Shown here: one piece after another, positions 19,437-28,261 of the stretch | Layout: the number at the start of each line of letters is the position of its first letter | Numbering within the stretch: position 1 is the first letter of the stretch | Assembly: GCA_964411275.1 (NCBI GenBank) | Contig: CAYPKG010000002.1 | Span: 25,669 to 89,668, forward strand | Source of the DNA: an uncultured Oscillospiraceae bacterium | Lineage (GTDB): Bacteria; Bacillota; Clostridia; Christensenellales; CAG-138 | Length of the DNA stretch: 64,000 nt | Reading direction: 5' to 3' | The notes under the pieces: generated by a model | The model's input: only the letters and a program-made list of their open reading frames with translations | Databases searched by the model: none | Told to the model about the DNA's origin: nothing | Program-made: the position numbers and the translations under genes

Positions 19437-20801
19437 TTAGCCCTGCAACAAGCGTTTTACAGCTGCCTCGCCCTCAAAGTACGCGCGACCCTCGTCCACG
19501 CCCACAAGATTGCCGTTCTTTACGGTTACGCGGCCGTTTACGATTGTGTAGTCCACCGGCCTGTGATACCCCACCGTGCCGAACACGCTCATGGGATCGA
19601 GGCCCGCGCCGGTGAGTTCCATCCGGCGGCTGTCGATTAAAAACATGTCCGCGCCCTGGCCCGGCGCGATTTGGCCGATGTCCGTCCTGCCCAGCAGATT
19701 TGCGCTGCCTCTTGTTGCCATCTTGAGTATGTCATAACCGCTTGGCGCGTCCGCACCCCATTTGAGCCTGTGCAGAAGATACGCCGTGCGCATTTCCTCT
19801 AGCAGGTTGCTGCCGTCGTTGGAGGCGCTGCCGTCCACCGCCAGCCCCACAGGCACCCCGAGGCGCAGCATGTCAGGGATGCGGCAGACCCCGCTGGACA
19901 GCTTCATGTTGGAGCAGGGGCAGTGGGCAACGCCGGTCCCCGTGTCGGCAAGTGCTTTCAATTCCTCGTCGTTAAAATGGATGCCGTGGGCGTACCACAC
20001 GTCCGGGCCCACCCAATCAAGGCTTTCCATGTACGTATAGGGGCGCAGGCCGGTTTTCTCCAATGTAAAGCGCTCCTCGTCCTTCGTTTCGCACAGGTGG
20101 GTATGCAGCCGCACGCCGTACGCCCGGGCCAGCTTCGCGCTTTCTTTTAAAAGGTCCGCCGTCACCGAGAAGGGGGAGCAGGGGGCGAGGGCCAGCTGCC
20201 GCATGGAATAGGGCTTGGGATCGTGCCATTGTTCAATCAGCCTTTGGCTGCTTAGAAGTATTTCGTCCACAGACTGCACTACGCTGTCCGGCGGCAGGCC
20301 GCCGTCTTTTTTCGACAAGCTCATACTGCCCCGGGTAGCATGGATGCGGATGCCCAACTCCTCCGCCGCCTGAAACTGGGCGGGGAGAAGGCCTTCTGCG
20401 CTATGGGCGGGGAACACGTAGTGATGATCCAGGCAGGTGGTGCAGCCGTATTTCATCAGCTCCCCCATGCCGCAAAGGGAGCTAAAATACACCGTCCGCT
20501 CATCAAGGCCCTTCCAGATGCCGTACAGGGCCGTCAGCCAGTCAAATAGCTCTAAATTCTGCACATCAGGCAGGTTTCTGGTGAAATACTGATACAGATG
20601 GTGATGGGTGTTGATCAGTCCCGGATACAGCCACATGCCGGTTGCGTCCAGCACATCCCCATCAAAATCGTCCTTGGCCGCGCCCTCGCACAAATCAACG
20701 ATTACGCCGTCGCGGATTGTGATGGTGGCGTTTTTTAAGACGCGGTCCCGGTCGTCGCAGGTGATCAATGTGTGGATATTTTGAATGCGAAGCGAATTCA
20801 T
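19437..20801 (-). CDS. Amidohydrolase, 8-oxoguanine deaminase/AtzB-like
   Basis: Motifs PGLINTHHHLYQ, RLHTHLCET, WYAHGIH, HCPCSNMKL and GLAVDGSASND. Confidence 0.85.
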   Translation of the reverse strand: MNSLRIQNIHTLITCDDRDRVLKNATITIRDGVIVDLCEGAAKDDFDGDVLDATGMWLYPGLINTHHHLYQYFTRNLPDVQNLELFDWLTALYGIWKGLDERTVYFSSLCGMGELMKYGCTTCLDHHYVFPAHSAEGLLPAQFQAAEELGIRIHATRGSMSLSKKDGGLPPDSVVQSVDEILLSSQRLIEQWHDPKPYSMRQLALAPCSPFSVTADLLKESAKLARAYGVRLHTHLCETKDEERFTLEKTGLRPYTYMESLDWVGPDVWYAHGIHFNDEELKALADTGTGVAHCPCSNMKLSSGVCRIPDMLRLGVPVGLAVDGSASNDGSNLLEEMRTAYLLHRLKWGADAPSGYDILKMATRGSANLLGRTDIGQIAPGQGADMFLIDSRRMELTGAGLDPMSVFGTVGYHRPVDYTIVNGRVTVKNGNLVGVDEGRAYFEGEAAVKRLLQG

Positions 20802-20855
20802 GGTTTCCCTCCTCATTTGTTTCTGTGATTAGTATACCATAGGTTTTGAAGGTTT

Positions 20856-20932
20856 GACGATGCAATCGTCCGAGCTGCATGGAAAACCCACCGCAGTGAC
20901 CCCATCGACAAAGCCAAGGCTTTGTCGATGGA
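20856..20932 (-). repeat. Dispersed palindromic repeat, copy 2 (full length)
   Basis: Its reverse complement is near-identical to 57517-57600. It contains two palindromes: gacgat-gca-atcgtc and ccatcgacaaagcc-aa-ggctttgtcgatgg. Confidence 0.9.
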
Positions 20933-20939
20933 AATCGCA

Positions 20940-22835
20940 CTAGCTTAGCTCAAACGCACCCGTATACAACTGATAATACTTGCCCTGCTGGGTGATCAAA
21001 TCGTCGTGATCCCCGCGTTCGATGATATTGCCGTGCTCCAGCACCATGATGGCATTGGAATTGCGCACGGTGGACAGCCGGTGGGCGATGACGAACACGG
21101 TGCGCCCCTGCATCAGGTGATCCATGCCCTTTTCGATCAGCGCTTCCGTCCGGGTGTCGATGGAGCTTGTAGCCTCGTCAAGGATCAGCACCGGCGGGTC
21201 GGCCAGCGCAGCCCGGGCGATGGCGAGAAGCTGCCTTTGCCCTTGAGAGAGGTTCGCGCCGTCGGCGGTGAGCATGGTGTCATACCCCTCCGGCAGATGC
21301 CGGATGAAGGAGTCTGCATTGGCGAGGATTGCCGCCCGCTCGATATCCGCGTCCGTGGCGTCCAGCTTGCCGTAGCGGATGTTTTCCCGGACGGTGCCGG
21401 TAAACAGGTGGGTGTCCTGGAGCACCATGGACAGCGACCGCCGCAGATCCGCCTTTTTGATCTTGTTGATGTTGATGCCGTCGTAGCGGATTTTTCCGTC
21501 CGGCACATCGTAAAACCGGTTGATGAGGTTGGTGATGGTGGTTTTCCCGGCGCCGGTGGAGCCCACGAACGCGATCTTCTGTCCGGGCTTTGCGAACAGG
21601 GAGATGTTGTGGAGCACGGTCTTTTCCGGCTCGTACCCGAACGTCACGTCCACAAACCGCACGTCTCCCTTCACCTGCGTGTAGGTAAGGGTACCATCGT
21701 GATGGGGATGCTTCCAGGCCCAAATGCCGGTGCGCTCTTGTGTTTCAGAGAGCGTGCCGTCGGGCGCGATCTTGGCGTTAACCAATGTAACGTACCCATC
21801 ATCGACTTCCTCGGGCTGGTCGATCAGGTCAAAAATCCGCTCCGCGCCGGCCAGCGCCAGCAGGATTGTGTTAAACTGCTGGGAAATTTGGGTGATAGGC
21901 TGGGAGAAGCTGCGGGTGTACTGGAGGAACGAGGCAAGGCTGCCAAGGTCCAGATGCCCGCCCACCGCCAACATGCCGCCAACCATAGCGGTGATGGCAT
22001 AGTGGAAGTAGGCAAGGTTGCCCATGATGGGCATCAGCATGCTGGCGTAAGTATGTGCGCCCTCCGCCGCCTTGAACAGCTGCTCGTTGAGGTTGTGGAA
22101 GTTCTCCTTGATTGTGTCCTCGTGACAGAACACCTTTACCACCTTTTGCCCCTCGATCATTTCCTCGATATAACCGTTGGTCTGGCCTATGGCCTGCTGC
22201 TGTTTCCTAAAATACATGCCGGACTTGCTGCCCAGGGTTTTCACCACCAGCAGCATGATGACAAGCATTGCCACCACCAGCAGCGTGAGTACGGGGCTCA
22301 AGATCAGCATCACGATAAACACGCTAACCACCGTGATGGTGGAGGAGAACAGCTGCACCATGCTCTGGCTGAGCATTTGCCTTAATGTGTCCGTGTCGCT
22401 GGTGTAGCGGCTCATCAGCTCCCCATGGGTATGGGTGTCAAAGTACTTGATGGGCAGCTTCTGCATGTGGGTAAACATGTCGCTGCGGATGCGAAAAAGG
22501 GTTTCCGTGGAAATCTTCAGCATCAGCCGGCTGTAGGTATAACTCGCCACCACCCCAACAAGATAGATGCAGCCCATTGTGACGAGAATTTGGATAAAGC
22601 CGGAGATATCCGGGTTTTGCTTGCCTACCAGCGGCAGAAGATAATCGTTGATGAGCGGCCTTAGGAAATAGGACGACGCGATGGACGCGCCTGCCGAAAG
22701 CAGCACACAGAATAACACCAACACCAGCAGCACCTTGTATTTGCCCATGTACTGCAGGATGCGGCCTATGGTCTTTTTTATATTTTTTGGCTTTGCGCCG
22801 GTACGCGCGTTTCGCATTGCGTTATGCCCCGACAT
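20940..22835 (-). CDS. ABC exporter, TMD+NBD half (MdlB/Sav1866-like)
   Basis: Walker A GSTGAGKTT, signature LSQGQRQ and LILDEATS, with an N-terminal TMD. Confidence 0.95.
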   Translation of the reverse strand: MSGHNAMRNARTGAKPKNIKKTIGRILQYMGKYKVLLVLVLFCVLLSAGASIASSYFLRPLINDYLLPLVGKQNPDISGFIQILVTMGCIYLVGVVASYTYSRLMLKISTETLFRIRSDMFTHMQKLPIKYFDTHTHGELMSRYTSDTDTLRQMLSQSMVQLFSSTITVVSVFIVMLILSPVLTLLVVAMLVIMLLVVKTLGSKSGMYFRKQQQAIGQTNGYIEEMIEGQKVVKVFCHEDTIKENFHNLNEQLFKAAEGAHTYASMLMPIMGNLAYFHYAITAMVGGMLAVGGHLDLGSLASFLQYTRSFSQPITQISQQFNTILLALAGAERIFDLIDQPEEVDDGYVTLVNAKIAPDGTLSETQERTGIWAWKHPHHDGTLTYTQVKGDVRFVDVTFGYEPEKTVLHNISLFAKPGQKIAFVGSTGAGKTTITNLINRFYDVPDGKIRYDGININKIKKADLRRSLSMVLQDTHLFTGTVRENIRYGKLDATDADIERAAILANADSFIRHLPEGYDTMLTADGANLSQGQRQLLAIARAALADPPVLILDEATSSIDTRTEALIEKGMDHLMQGRTVFVIAHRLSTVRNSNAIMVLEHGNIIERGDHDDLITQQGKYYQLYTGAFELS

Positions 22836-24561
22836 ATTGCGCCACCCCCTTTTGTTGGCTTTCAAATACCTCCCGGTAGATATCGCTTCGCCTTATCAGC
22901 TCCTCATGGGTGCCCATGTCCTCCACGCGGCCCTCGTGCATGATGATGATGCGGTCGGCATCCATGACGGAGGCAATGCGCTGGGCGATGATAATGGTGG
23001 TCATGCCCGAGGAGTTTTTGCGAAGCGCCTGACGGATGCTTGCGTCTGTGACTGTGTCCACAGCGCTGGTGCTGTCGTCGAGTATCATGACCTTGGGGTG
23101 CTTGAGCAGCGCCCGGGCGATACACAGCCGCTGCTTTTGCCCGCCGGACACGTTCACGCCGCCCTGTCCAAGATCGGTGTCATACCCGTTCGGGAAGCCC
23201 ATGATAAAATCGTGGGCCGCCGCCGCCCTGCACGCGGCTTCAATTTCTGCCTGGGTGGCGTTCTTGTCGCCCCACCGGAGATTTTCCAAAATGGTGCCGG
23301 AAAACAGCACGTTCTTTTGCAGCACCATGGCAACAGCGTTTCTAAGCGCGGAAAGATCATAGTCCCGCACATCCTTGCCGCCCACCCGCACCGCGCCGCT
23401 TTGCACGTCGTACAGCCGGGGGATCAGCTGCACAAGGCTGGTTTTCGCGGAGCCTGTGCCGCCGAGTATGCCGATTGTTTCCCCGGAGCGAATGAAAAAA
23501 TTCACGTCGGTGAGGTTCAGGACGTCGTCGCGCTTGGCGTAGCTGAAATTCACGTGATCGAATTCGATGCTGCCGTCGGCTACCGTGGTGGCGCCGCCCT
23601 CAGGATTTGTGATGTCAATGTGCTCATCCAGCACCTCGAAAATACGCTGTCGGGAGGCCCGGGAGATGACCTGCATCATGAACACCATGCCAAACATCAT
23701 CAAAGACATAAGTATCTGGGTGGTGTAGCTGATAAAGCTCATCAAATCGCCTGTGAGCATTGAGCCGGCGATGATCTTGTTGCCCCCAAACCAGGAAATG
23801 GCGATCATGCACCCGTACATAACAAGCTGCATGATGGGCATCGTCCATATGACCATCTTCTCTGCCTTGACCTGGGTGTCAAGGACGCTTTTCGCGGCGT
23901 CGCGGAATTTCTTGGTCTCATGATCCTCCCGGACGAAGGATTTGACCACCCGGATGCCGATGAGATCCTCCTGTACGCTGCGGTTCATCGTGTCATACTT
24001 GCCCAACATTTCCTGAAACCGGGGATACGCAAACCGCAAAAGAACCAGCAATGTAATGGCGAGAATGGGCAGCGCCAGCAGGAATATAAAGGCAAGCTCG
24101 CTGTTGATTTTAAGCGCCATCATCACCGCCATCACCAGCATCAGCGGTGAGCGGACGGCCATGCGCAGCATCATCATGAAAGACATCTGGGTGTTATTCA
24201 CGTCCGTGGTCAGCCGGGTGACCAGGGAAGCGGTGCTGAATTTGTCCACGTTTGCGAACGAAAAGTCCTGGGTTTTATTGAACATGGCCGTCCTGAGGTT
24301 TTTCGCGAAGCCTGCGCCGGCGGTGGAAGAAAACTTTGCCGACAGCGCCCCGAAAAACAGGGAAAGCAGCGCCATTAAAATCATCATAAGCCCTTTCTGG
24401 GCGATATAAGCGATGTCCCCGGTGGACACGCCCACATTGATGATGTCTGCCATCAACAGCGGGATGCGCACCTCCAGGAATACCTCGAATACAATACACA
24501 GCGGGGCAAGCAGCGTCTGGCGCTTATATTGTCCCACATAGCCAAAGAGTCTTCTATACAT
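22822..24561 (-). CDS. ABC exporter, TMD+NBD half (heterodimer partner)
   Basis: Walker A GGTGSAKTS, signature VSGGQKQR and degenerate Walker B ILDDSTS, typical of heterodimeric exporters. Confidence 0.95.
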   Translation of the reverse strand: MYRRLFGYVGQYKRQTLLAPLCIVFEVFLEVRIPLLMADIINVGVSTGDIAYIAQKGLMMILMALLSLFFGALSAKFSSTAGAGFAKNLRTAMFNKTQDFSFANVDKFSTASLVTRLTTDVNNTQMSFMMMLRMAVRSPLMLVMAVMMALKINSELAFIFLLALPILAITLLVLLRFAYPRFQEMLGKYDTMNRSVQEDLIGIRVVKSFVREDHETKKFRDAAKSVLDTQVKAEKMVIWTMPIMQLVMYGCMIAISWFGGNKIIAGSMLTGDLMSFISYTTQILMSLMMFGMVFMMQVISRASRQRIFEVLDEHIDITNPEGGATTVADGSIEFDHVNFSYAKRDDVLNLTDVNFFIRSGETIGILGGTGSAKTSLVQLIPRLYDVQSGAVRVGGKDVRDYDLSALRNAVAMVLQKNVLFSGTILENLRWGDKNATQAEIEAACRAAAAHDFIMGFPNGYDTDLGQGGVNVSGGQKQRLCIARALLKHPKVMILDDSTSAVDTVTDASIRQALRKNSSGMTTIIIAQRIASVMDADRIIIMHEGRVEDMGTHEELIRRSDIYREVFESQQKGVAQYVGA

Positions 24562-25084
24562 TCTCCCTCTCCTTTTCCTTTCGGATTTGATCGTCCTCGA
24601 TTTTTTTCATAAGCGCGAAGAACGAGAATTTATCCATTTGCTTCATATCAACTTCCGCAGCCCCCGCAAAATTCGTCAACAGGCGGTTGAGATACCCCTC
24701 TAGCTGTGCAAGTTCGCTTGGGGTAAAGCCGCTGATTAACTGTTCGTCCAATCCCAAAAAGGCGGTGTGGTATTTGGCTAAAATTGATGTCCCTTCCTTT
24801 GTAACGTACAGCTTTTTACAGCGCTGGTTTTGTTCGTCCACGCGCTTTTCCAAAAAGCCTGTTTTCTCCATGCGCTTTGTGGATTGGGCCACAGACGCGG
24901 GGGAGATGAAAAAACGCTCCGATACTTCCGCCTGGGTGCAGCCGGGATAGCGTTGAATGTATTCCAGCATTGGCATTTGCCCGCGGTAGATGGGCAGGTC
25001 TGTCGTCCGCTTCTGGTGCGCGATCCGCCGCAGCAGATGCAACTGATCCAGAGTGATAAGGATGCGACGGCAATGGGTTTTCAT
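24554..25084 (-). CDS. MarR family transcriptional regulator
   Basis: Winged-HTH pattern (CTQAEVSERFFISPASVAQSTKRMEKTGFLEKRVDEQNQRCKKLYVT). It is the first gene of the ABC operon. Confidence 0.9.
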   Translation of the reverse strand: MKTHCRRILITLDQLHLLRRIAHQKRTTDLPIYRGQMPMLEYIQRYPGCTQAEVSERFFISPASVAQSTKRMEKTGFLEKRVDEQNQRCKKLYVTKEGTSILAKYHTAFLGLDEQLISGFTPSELAQLEGYLNRLLTNFAGAAEVDMKQMDKFSFFALMKKIEDDQIRKEKERENV

Positions 25085-25108
25085 AAGTTTATCTCCTTTC
25101 GAAAAGAG

Positions 25109-25166
25109 TTAACCGGTTAATTATTAAGCACTTATGTATTATGCTAAATGCTGGGCGAAAAGTCAA
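25109..25166 (-). promoter_or_regulatory. sigmaA promoter and palindromic operators of the marR-ABC operon
   Basis: TTGACT-17-CATAAT (25166-25138), with downstream palindromes TAAG-TG-CTTA and TTAACCGGTTAA (25109-25120). Confidence 0.65.
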
Positions 25167-25257
25167 CATGATATTTTGGAGAAATTGTGAACCTTATTCG
25201 ATAAAAATAAGTACCGCCCAAAAAGCTTAGGCTTTTTCGGCGGCTTAGAAAGTGCGG

Positions 25258-25314
25258 TTCATGGTGGGGATCACCGCGGTGACCCTATCGACAAGGCAAA
25301 GGCCCTGTCGATGG
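25258..25314 (-). repeat. Dispersed palindromic repeat, copy 3 (diverged)
   Basis: caccgcggtgaccctatcgacaaggcaaaggccctgtcgatgg aligns to copy 2 with several substitutions. Confidence 0.8.
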
Positions 25315-25327
25315 CCTGATTTTTCTC

Positions 25328-26071
25328 CTACGAAGAAAACCCGGAATCTGATTGTGCAGGTTCTTCGGCAATGGTTTCTTCGCCGGGGGCGTCCTGCGAT
25401 TGCACTGCGTCCGCTTTGGGTGTGTCATCCGCCTGGAGCGCGTCATTCTCCATCTCAGAAGGCTGGCGCACAGGGAAGAGGCGGATGCTTCTTCTCAAGC
25501 GGTATACCATAAAGCCCGCGAACCCGGCAACGCATAATATGATGAGCGCATACACAACCCCCAGGGGAGAGCCCTGAACCTTGGCAACGGCGGGGGTTGC
25601 CTCGGGCTCTATGGGCGCGGGGGTCTCTTCCGGAATGTCGGGAGGAGGCTCCCAGTTCACCGCAAGCGTTTGTTTCGCCAAGGAAACATCCCCGTTTTCC
25701 ACCCGGCAATGGGCTTGTGTCACGCCTGTTTCCACTTCCGCTAAAAACGAGATGCTTTGTACGGCGCCAGCCTCAAAGAGAACGGCAAAGCCGTCGGTGC
25801 CGAATATAATCTCAGCATCCTTAGCATCCACGCTCTTTGTATCCAGGACGAGGCCCGAAAGTTCAACTCGAAAAGCCGAGTCCGCCGCACCGGGGGAGAC
25901 TAAAAAGTACAGGGTTTCACCCGGCTCAAATACGCCGGTGGCATCCGCGGCGGCGTTCATGTCCCGCCGGATGGACAAAGACAATGCATCCTCCGCAAGT
26001 GCAGCTTCACAGAAAACAATCAGCGCCAGCAGCAGAAATAAAGCCAAATAACGCTTGTTACGGTTACGCAT
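25328..26071 (-). CDS. Hypothetical type I membrane protein (signal peptide, beta-rich domain, Pro-rich linker, TM helix, acidic tail)
   Basis: Signal [20 protein letters not shown] and [22 protein letters not shown]. It overlaps the stop of the upstream NlpC/P60 gene. Confidence 0.75.
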   Translation of the reverse strand: MRNRNKRYLALFLLLALIVFCEAALAEDALSLSIRRDMNAAADATGVFEPGETLYFLVSPGAADSAFRVELSGLVLDTKSVDAKDAEIIFGTDGFAVLFEAGAVQSISFLAEVETGVTQAHCRVENGDVSLAKQTLAVNWEPPPDIPEETPAPIEPEATPAVAKVQGSPLGVVYALIILCVAGFAGFMVYRLRRSIRLFPVRQPSEMENDALQADDTPKADAVQSQDAPGEETIAEEPAQSDSGFSS

Positions 26072-28097
26072 TGCCTGTTGCCTCCCCGTCATAGAGAATG
26101 GGTCGTCTTAGATACCGGAAGCCGCTGGACCAGGCTTCCGTGATGACGATGTTGTTCCGGGAGGAGGAGGAATGGGCCACCATGTATGTGCCGTCCTTCT
26201 CCTTTGAAACGATGATGCCCACATGGTTGACCCTGACGCTGCCGGGGATCGCCCGAAACGCCAGATCGCCGGGCTGCGCCTCGTCCCAGCCAAGGGATTT
26301 GGAACGGTTCCACTGGTTGGAGGAGCCGTTGCCAATGGCATCAATTATGCTTGCGTCCTCTACGGCGTTGATAAACGCCCATGCCACAAAACCGCTGCAG
26401 TCAAGGCCGTAGGGGCGCAGTGTGCCTGTGGTGGGGCTGTCGGCGGAGGTTACCCGGCGGGGAATGCCCCATTTGGGATTCCAGCCCACCGTGTTGTACT
26501 TGCCGCCCCAGAAATAGGTGAGCTTGCCAACAAGGGAATGGGCGGTTAGCACCACTTTTTCCCGCTGGACGTTCAGGTCGTCTGGAAGGGCGGCGAGTAT
26601 CTCAGCCTCAACCTCCGGCGACAGGTCGCTAAAGGCATCGTTGCCGGTGATGGAAGCGAACACCTTCATGAACTCCGGTTGCAAAAGCTCGTTCAATATG
26701 TCATACCGGTCATCGTCAAAGTCGTAATACGCGGCGCCTTCCTCTGCCGTAAGCCCGGTGACAAGCACACGCAGCGTGCCGTCTTCTGCTACATGATAGG
26801 TCAATTTCACCATATTGGCGAATACGTCTTGAAGGCCGTCCAGTGAGATTTTACGAAGATTGACAAGATCCAGCGGCTCTTTTACGTTCAGCGTGCTCAT
26901 GGTGACGAACACCGCCAGCATATCAGACCAGTTGGAGATGTTCAGCTCATCAAGCTGCCTGGTGGGCGCGCCATCCACGGGATACGAAAGGCTCAACTGG
27001 GCAAGCTCCAGCGCCGCAAGCTCGTTTTCGTCGATGCCGCTGTCGTCCAGCAGCGTGGGCACAGGCGCGTACAGCTCTAAGCTAACAGCCCCGGTCACAG
27101 CCTGAAGCTGCTCGATCCTTGCAGATAGGGATTGGGAAAACGACTGCATCACGGACCGCAATTCGTCCGCGATCTGGTCGCGGTATTCCATGTAGTTTTT
27201 ATAGCGTTCCGAGCTGGTTCCCTGGGGCGGGCGCTTGCCGCGCTCATATTTGCGGTAATCCTCGGCGGAAAGCACAGCCACCTTTCGTTCGCCATAGAAC
27301 AACTCCCCTGAAACAGGGTGTATGGCGGAAAAACGCAGGGTATATTCCGCCGGAGTATTGATGTTGTAGCCGCCCAATTGCCCAAGGCTGGCGGTGACCC
27401 GGTTGCCCTCTTCATCCAGAGCGTAAGCGTTTTCTGTGACATCCGGCGCAGGGGACATTCCCACCTTAAACGTGAGGTCGCTTAGCACGAACGTCAGCTT
27501 GTTCGCTTCCTGGGCTGCGGTTTTATACACGGTGATGGTGCGCGTGATGTATCCCATCAATCCGCTTTTAGGGTGCGTATATACATAACGGATGGTATAG
27601 GTGCCAGGGACACGGATATCAAAGCCGCCGCTATCCGCCAATTCCACTTGGACGGGATTGTCAAACTCGTCCACCACCACAATATCCTTCAGGATGTTGA
27701 AATGGTTGCTTCCAAGCACCACATGGAGATCCGGCGCGTCAATGACATGCAATCCGGGCGTAGGCGTGGGCGTGGGCGTGGGCGTCGGCGTGGGGCTTAG
27801 AGTCGGAGTGGGTGTGCCTGTAGGAGTCGGCGTAGGCGTCTGTACGACAGGCGGCGTAGGCGTCGGAGTAGGCGTCGGCGTCGGCGCAGGCGTCGGCGTA
27901 GGCGTTTGCGTAGGGATCTCCTCAGGCGTAGGGGTAGGGGTGTCCGCAGGCGGGGTTGACGCATCCACCCCAGTGGTTGTGTCTCCACCCGGTAGGTCGT
28001 CCGGCGTGCCAAAGCCGTCCTCAGCCGCAAATGCGCTAAAATGGCAGGCAAAGAGAATAAGCCCGGATAAAAACAGGCACATAATTCGCTTCTTCAA
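26064..28097 (-). CDS. Secreted NlpC/P60 peptidoglycan hydrolase with PT linker and two Ig-like (DUF5011/HYR-like) repeats
   Basis: C-terminal [28 protein letters not shown] catalytic motifs, a signal peptide, and two repeats of the form D..G..V..G.(F/Y)(D/N)I..P(G/A).YT(I/L)R(Y/F). Confidence 0.88.
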   Translation of the reverse strand: MKKRIMCLFLSGLILFACHFSAFAAEDGFGTPDDLPGGDTTTGVDASTPPADTPTPTPEEIPTQTPTPTPAPTPTPTPTPTPPVVQTPTPTPTGTPTPTLSPTPTPTPTPTPTPGLHVIDAPDLHVVLGSNHFNILKDIVVVDEFDNPVQVELADSGGFDIRVPGTYTIRYVYTHPKSGLMGYITRTITVYKTAAQEANKLTFVLSDLTFKVGMSPAPDVTENAYALDEEGNRVTASLGQLGGYNINTPAEYTLRFSAIHPVSGELFYGERKVAVLSAEDYRKYERGKRPPQGTSSERYKNYMEYRDQIADELRSVMQSFSQSLSARIEQLQAVTGAVSLELYAPVPTLLDDSGIDENELAALELAQLSLSYPVDGAPTRQLDELNISNWSDMLAVFVTMSTLNVKEPLDLVNLRKISLDGLQDVFANMVKLTYHVAEDGTLRVLVTGLTAEEGAAYYDFDDDRYDILNELLQPEFMKVFASITGNDAFSDLSPEVEAEILAALPDDLNVQREKVVLTAHSLVGKLTYFWGGKYNTVGWNPKWGIPRRVTSADSPTTGTLRPYGLDCSGFVAWAFINAVEDASIIDAIGNGSSNQWNRSKSLGWDEAQPGDLAFRAIPGSVRVNHVGIIVSKEKDGTYMVAHSSSSRNNIVITEAWSSGFRYLRRPILYDGEATGNA
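27753..27950 (-). repeat. Coding tandem repeat encoding a (Pro-Thr)n linker
   Basis: Degenerate hexamer array ggcgt(a/c/g) on the + strand, encoding TPTPTP. Confidence 0.85.
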
Positions 28098-28261
28098 TCC
28101 TTGCCACTTCCTTCCATCAGATTATACTACTGGATAGTATAGCACATGTATGAGAAATAATGGTGACGAATCTATGAATGAATGCGACGAAAGATTAAAA
28201 ATACTCTTTGTTTTTTAGGTCTATAAAATAGCATCTCCCAAACAAGCCTGTGAGCATATGA

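Noticed and set aside
21006-22385. 459-aa antisense ORF (likewise 22681-23763, 36949-38127, 48535-49827, 55312-56595 and many shorter ones)
   Set aside because: These are shadow frames opposite clearly recognisable genes, expected from high-GC codon bias. They have no RBS or recognisable motifs.
27753-27950. Tandem repeats that might be a CRISPR or regulatory array
   Set aside because: They are degenerate hexamers inside a CDS encoding Pro-Thr, with no repeat-spacer periodicity and no cas genes in the window.
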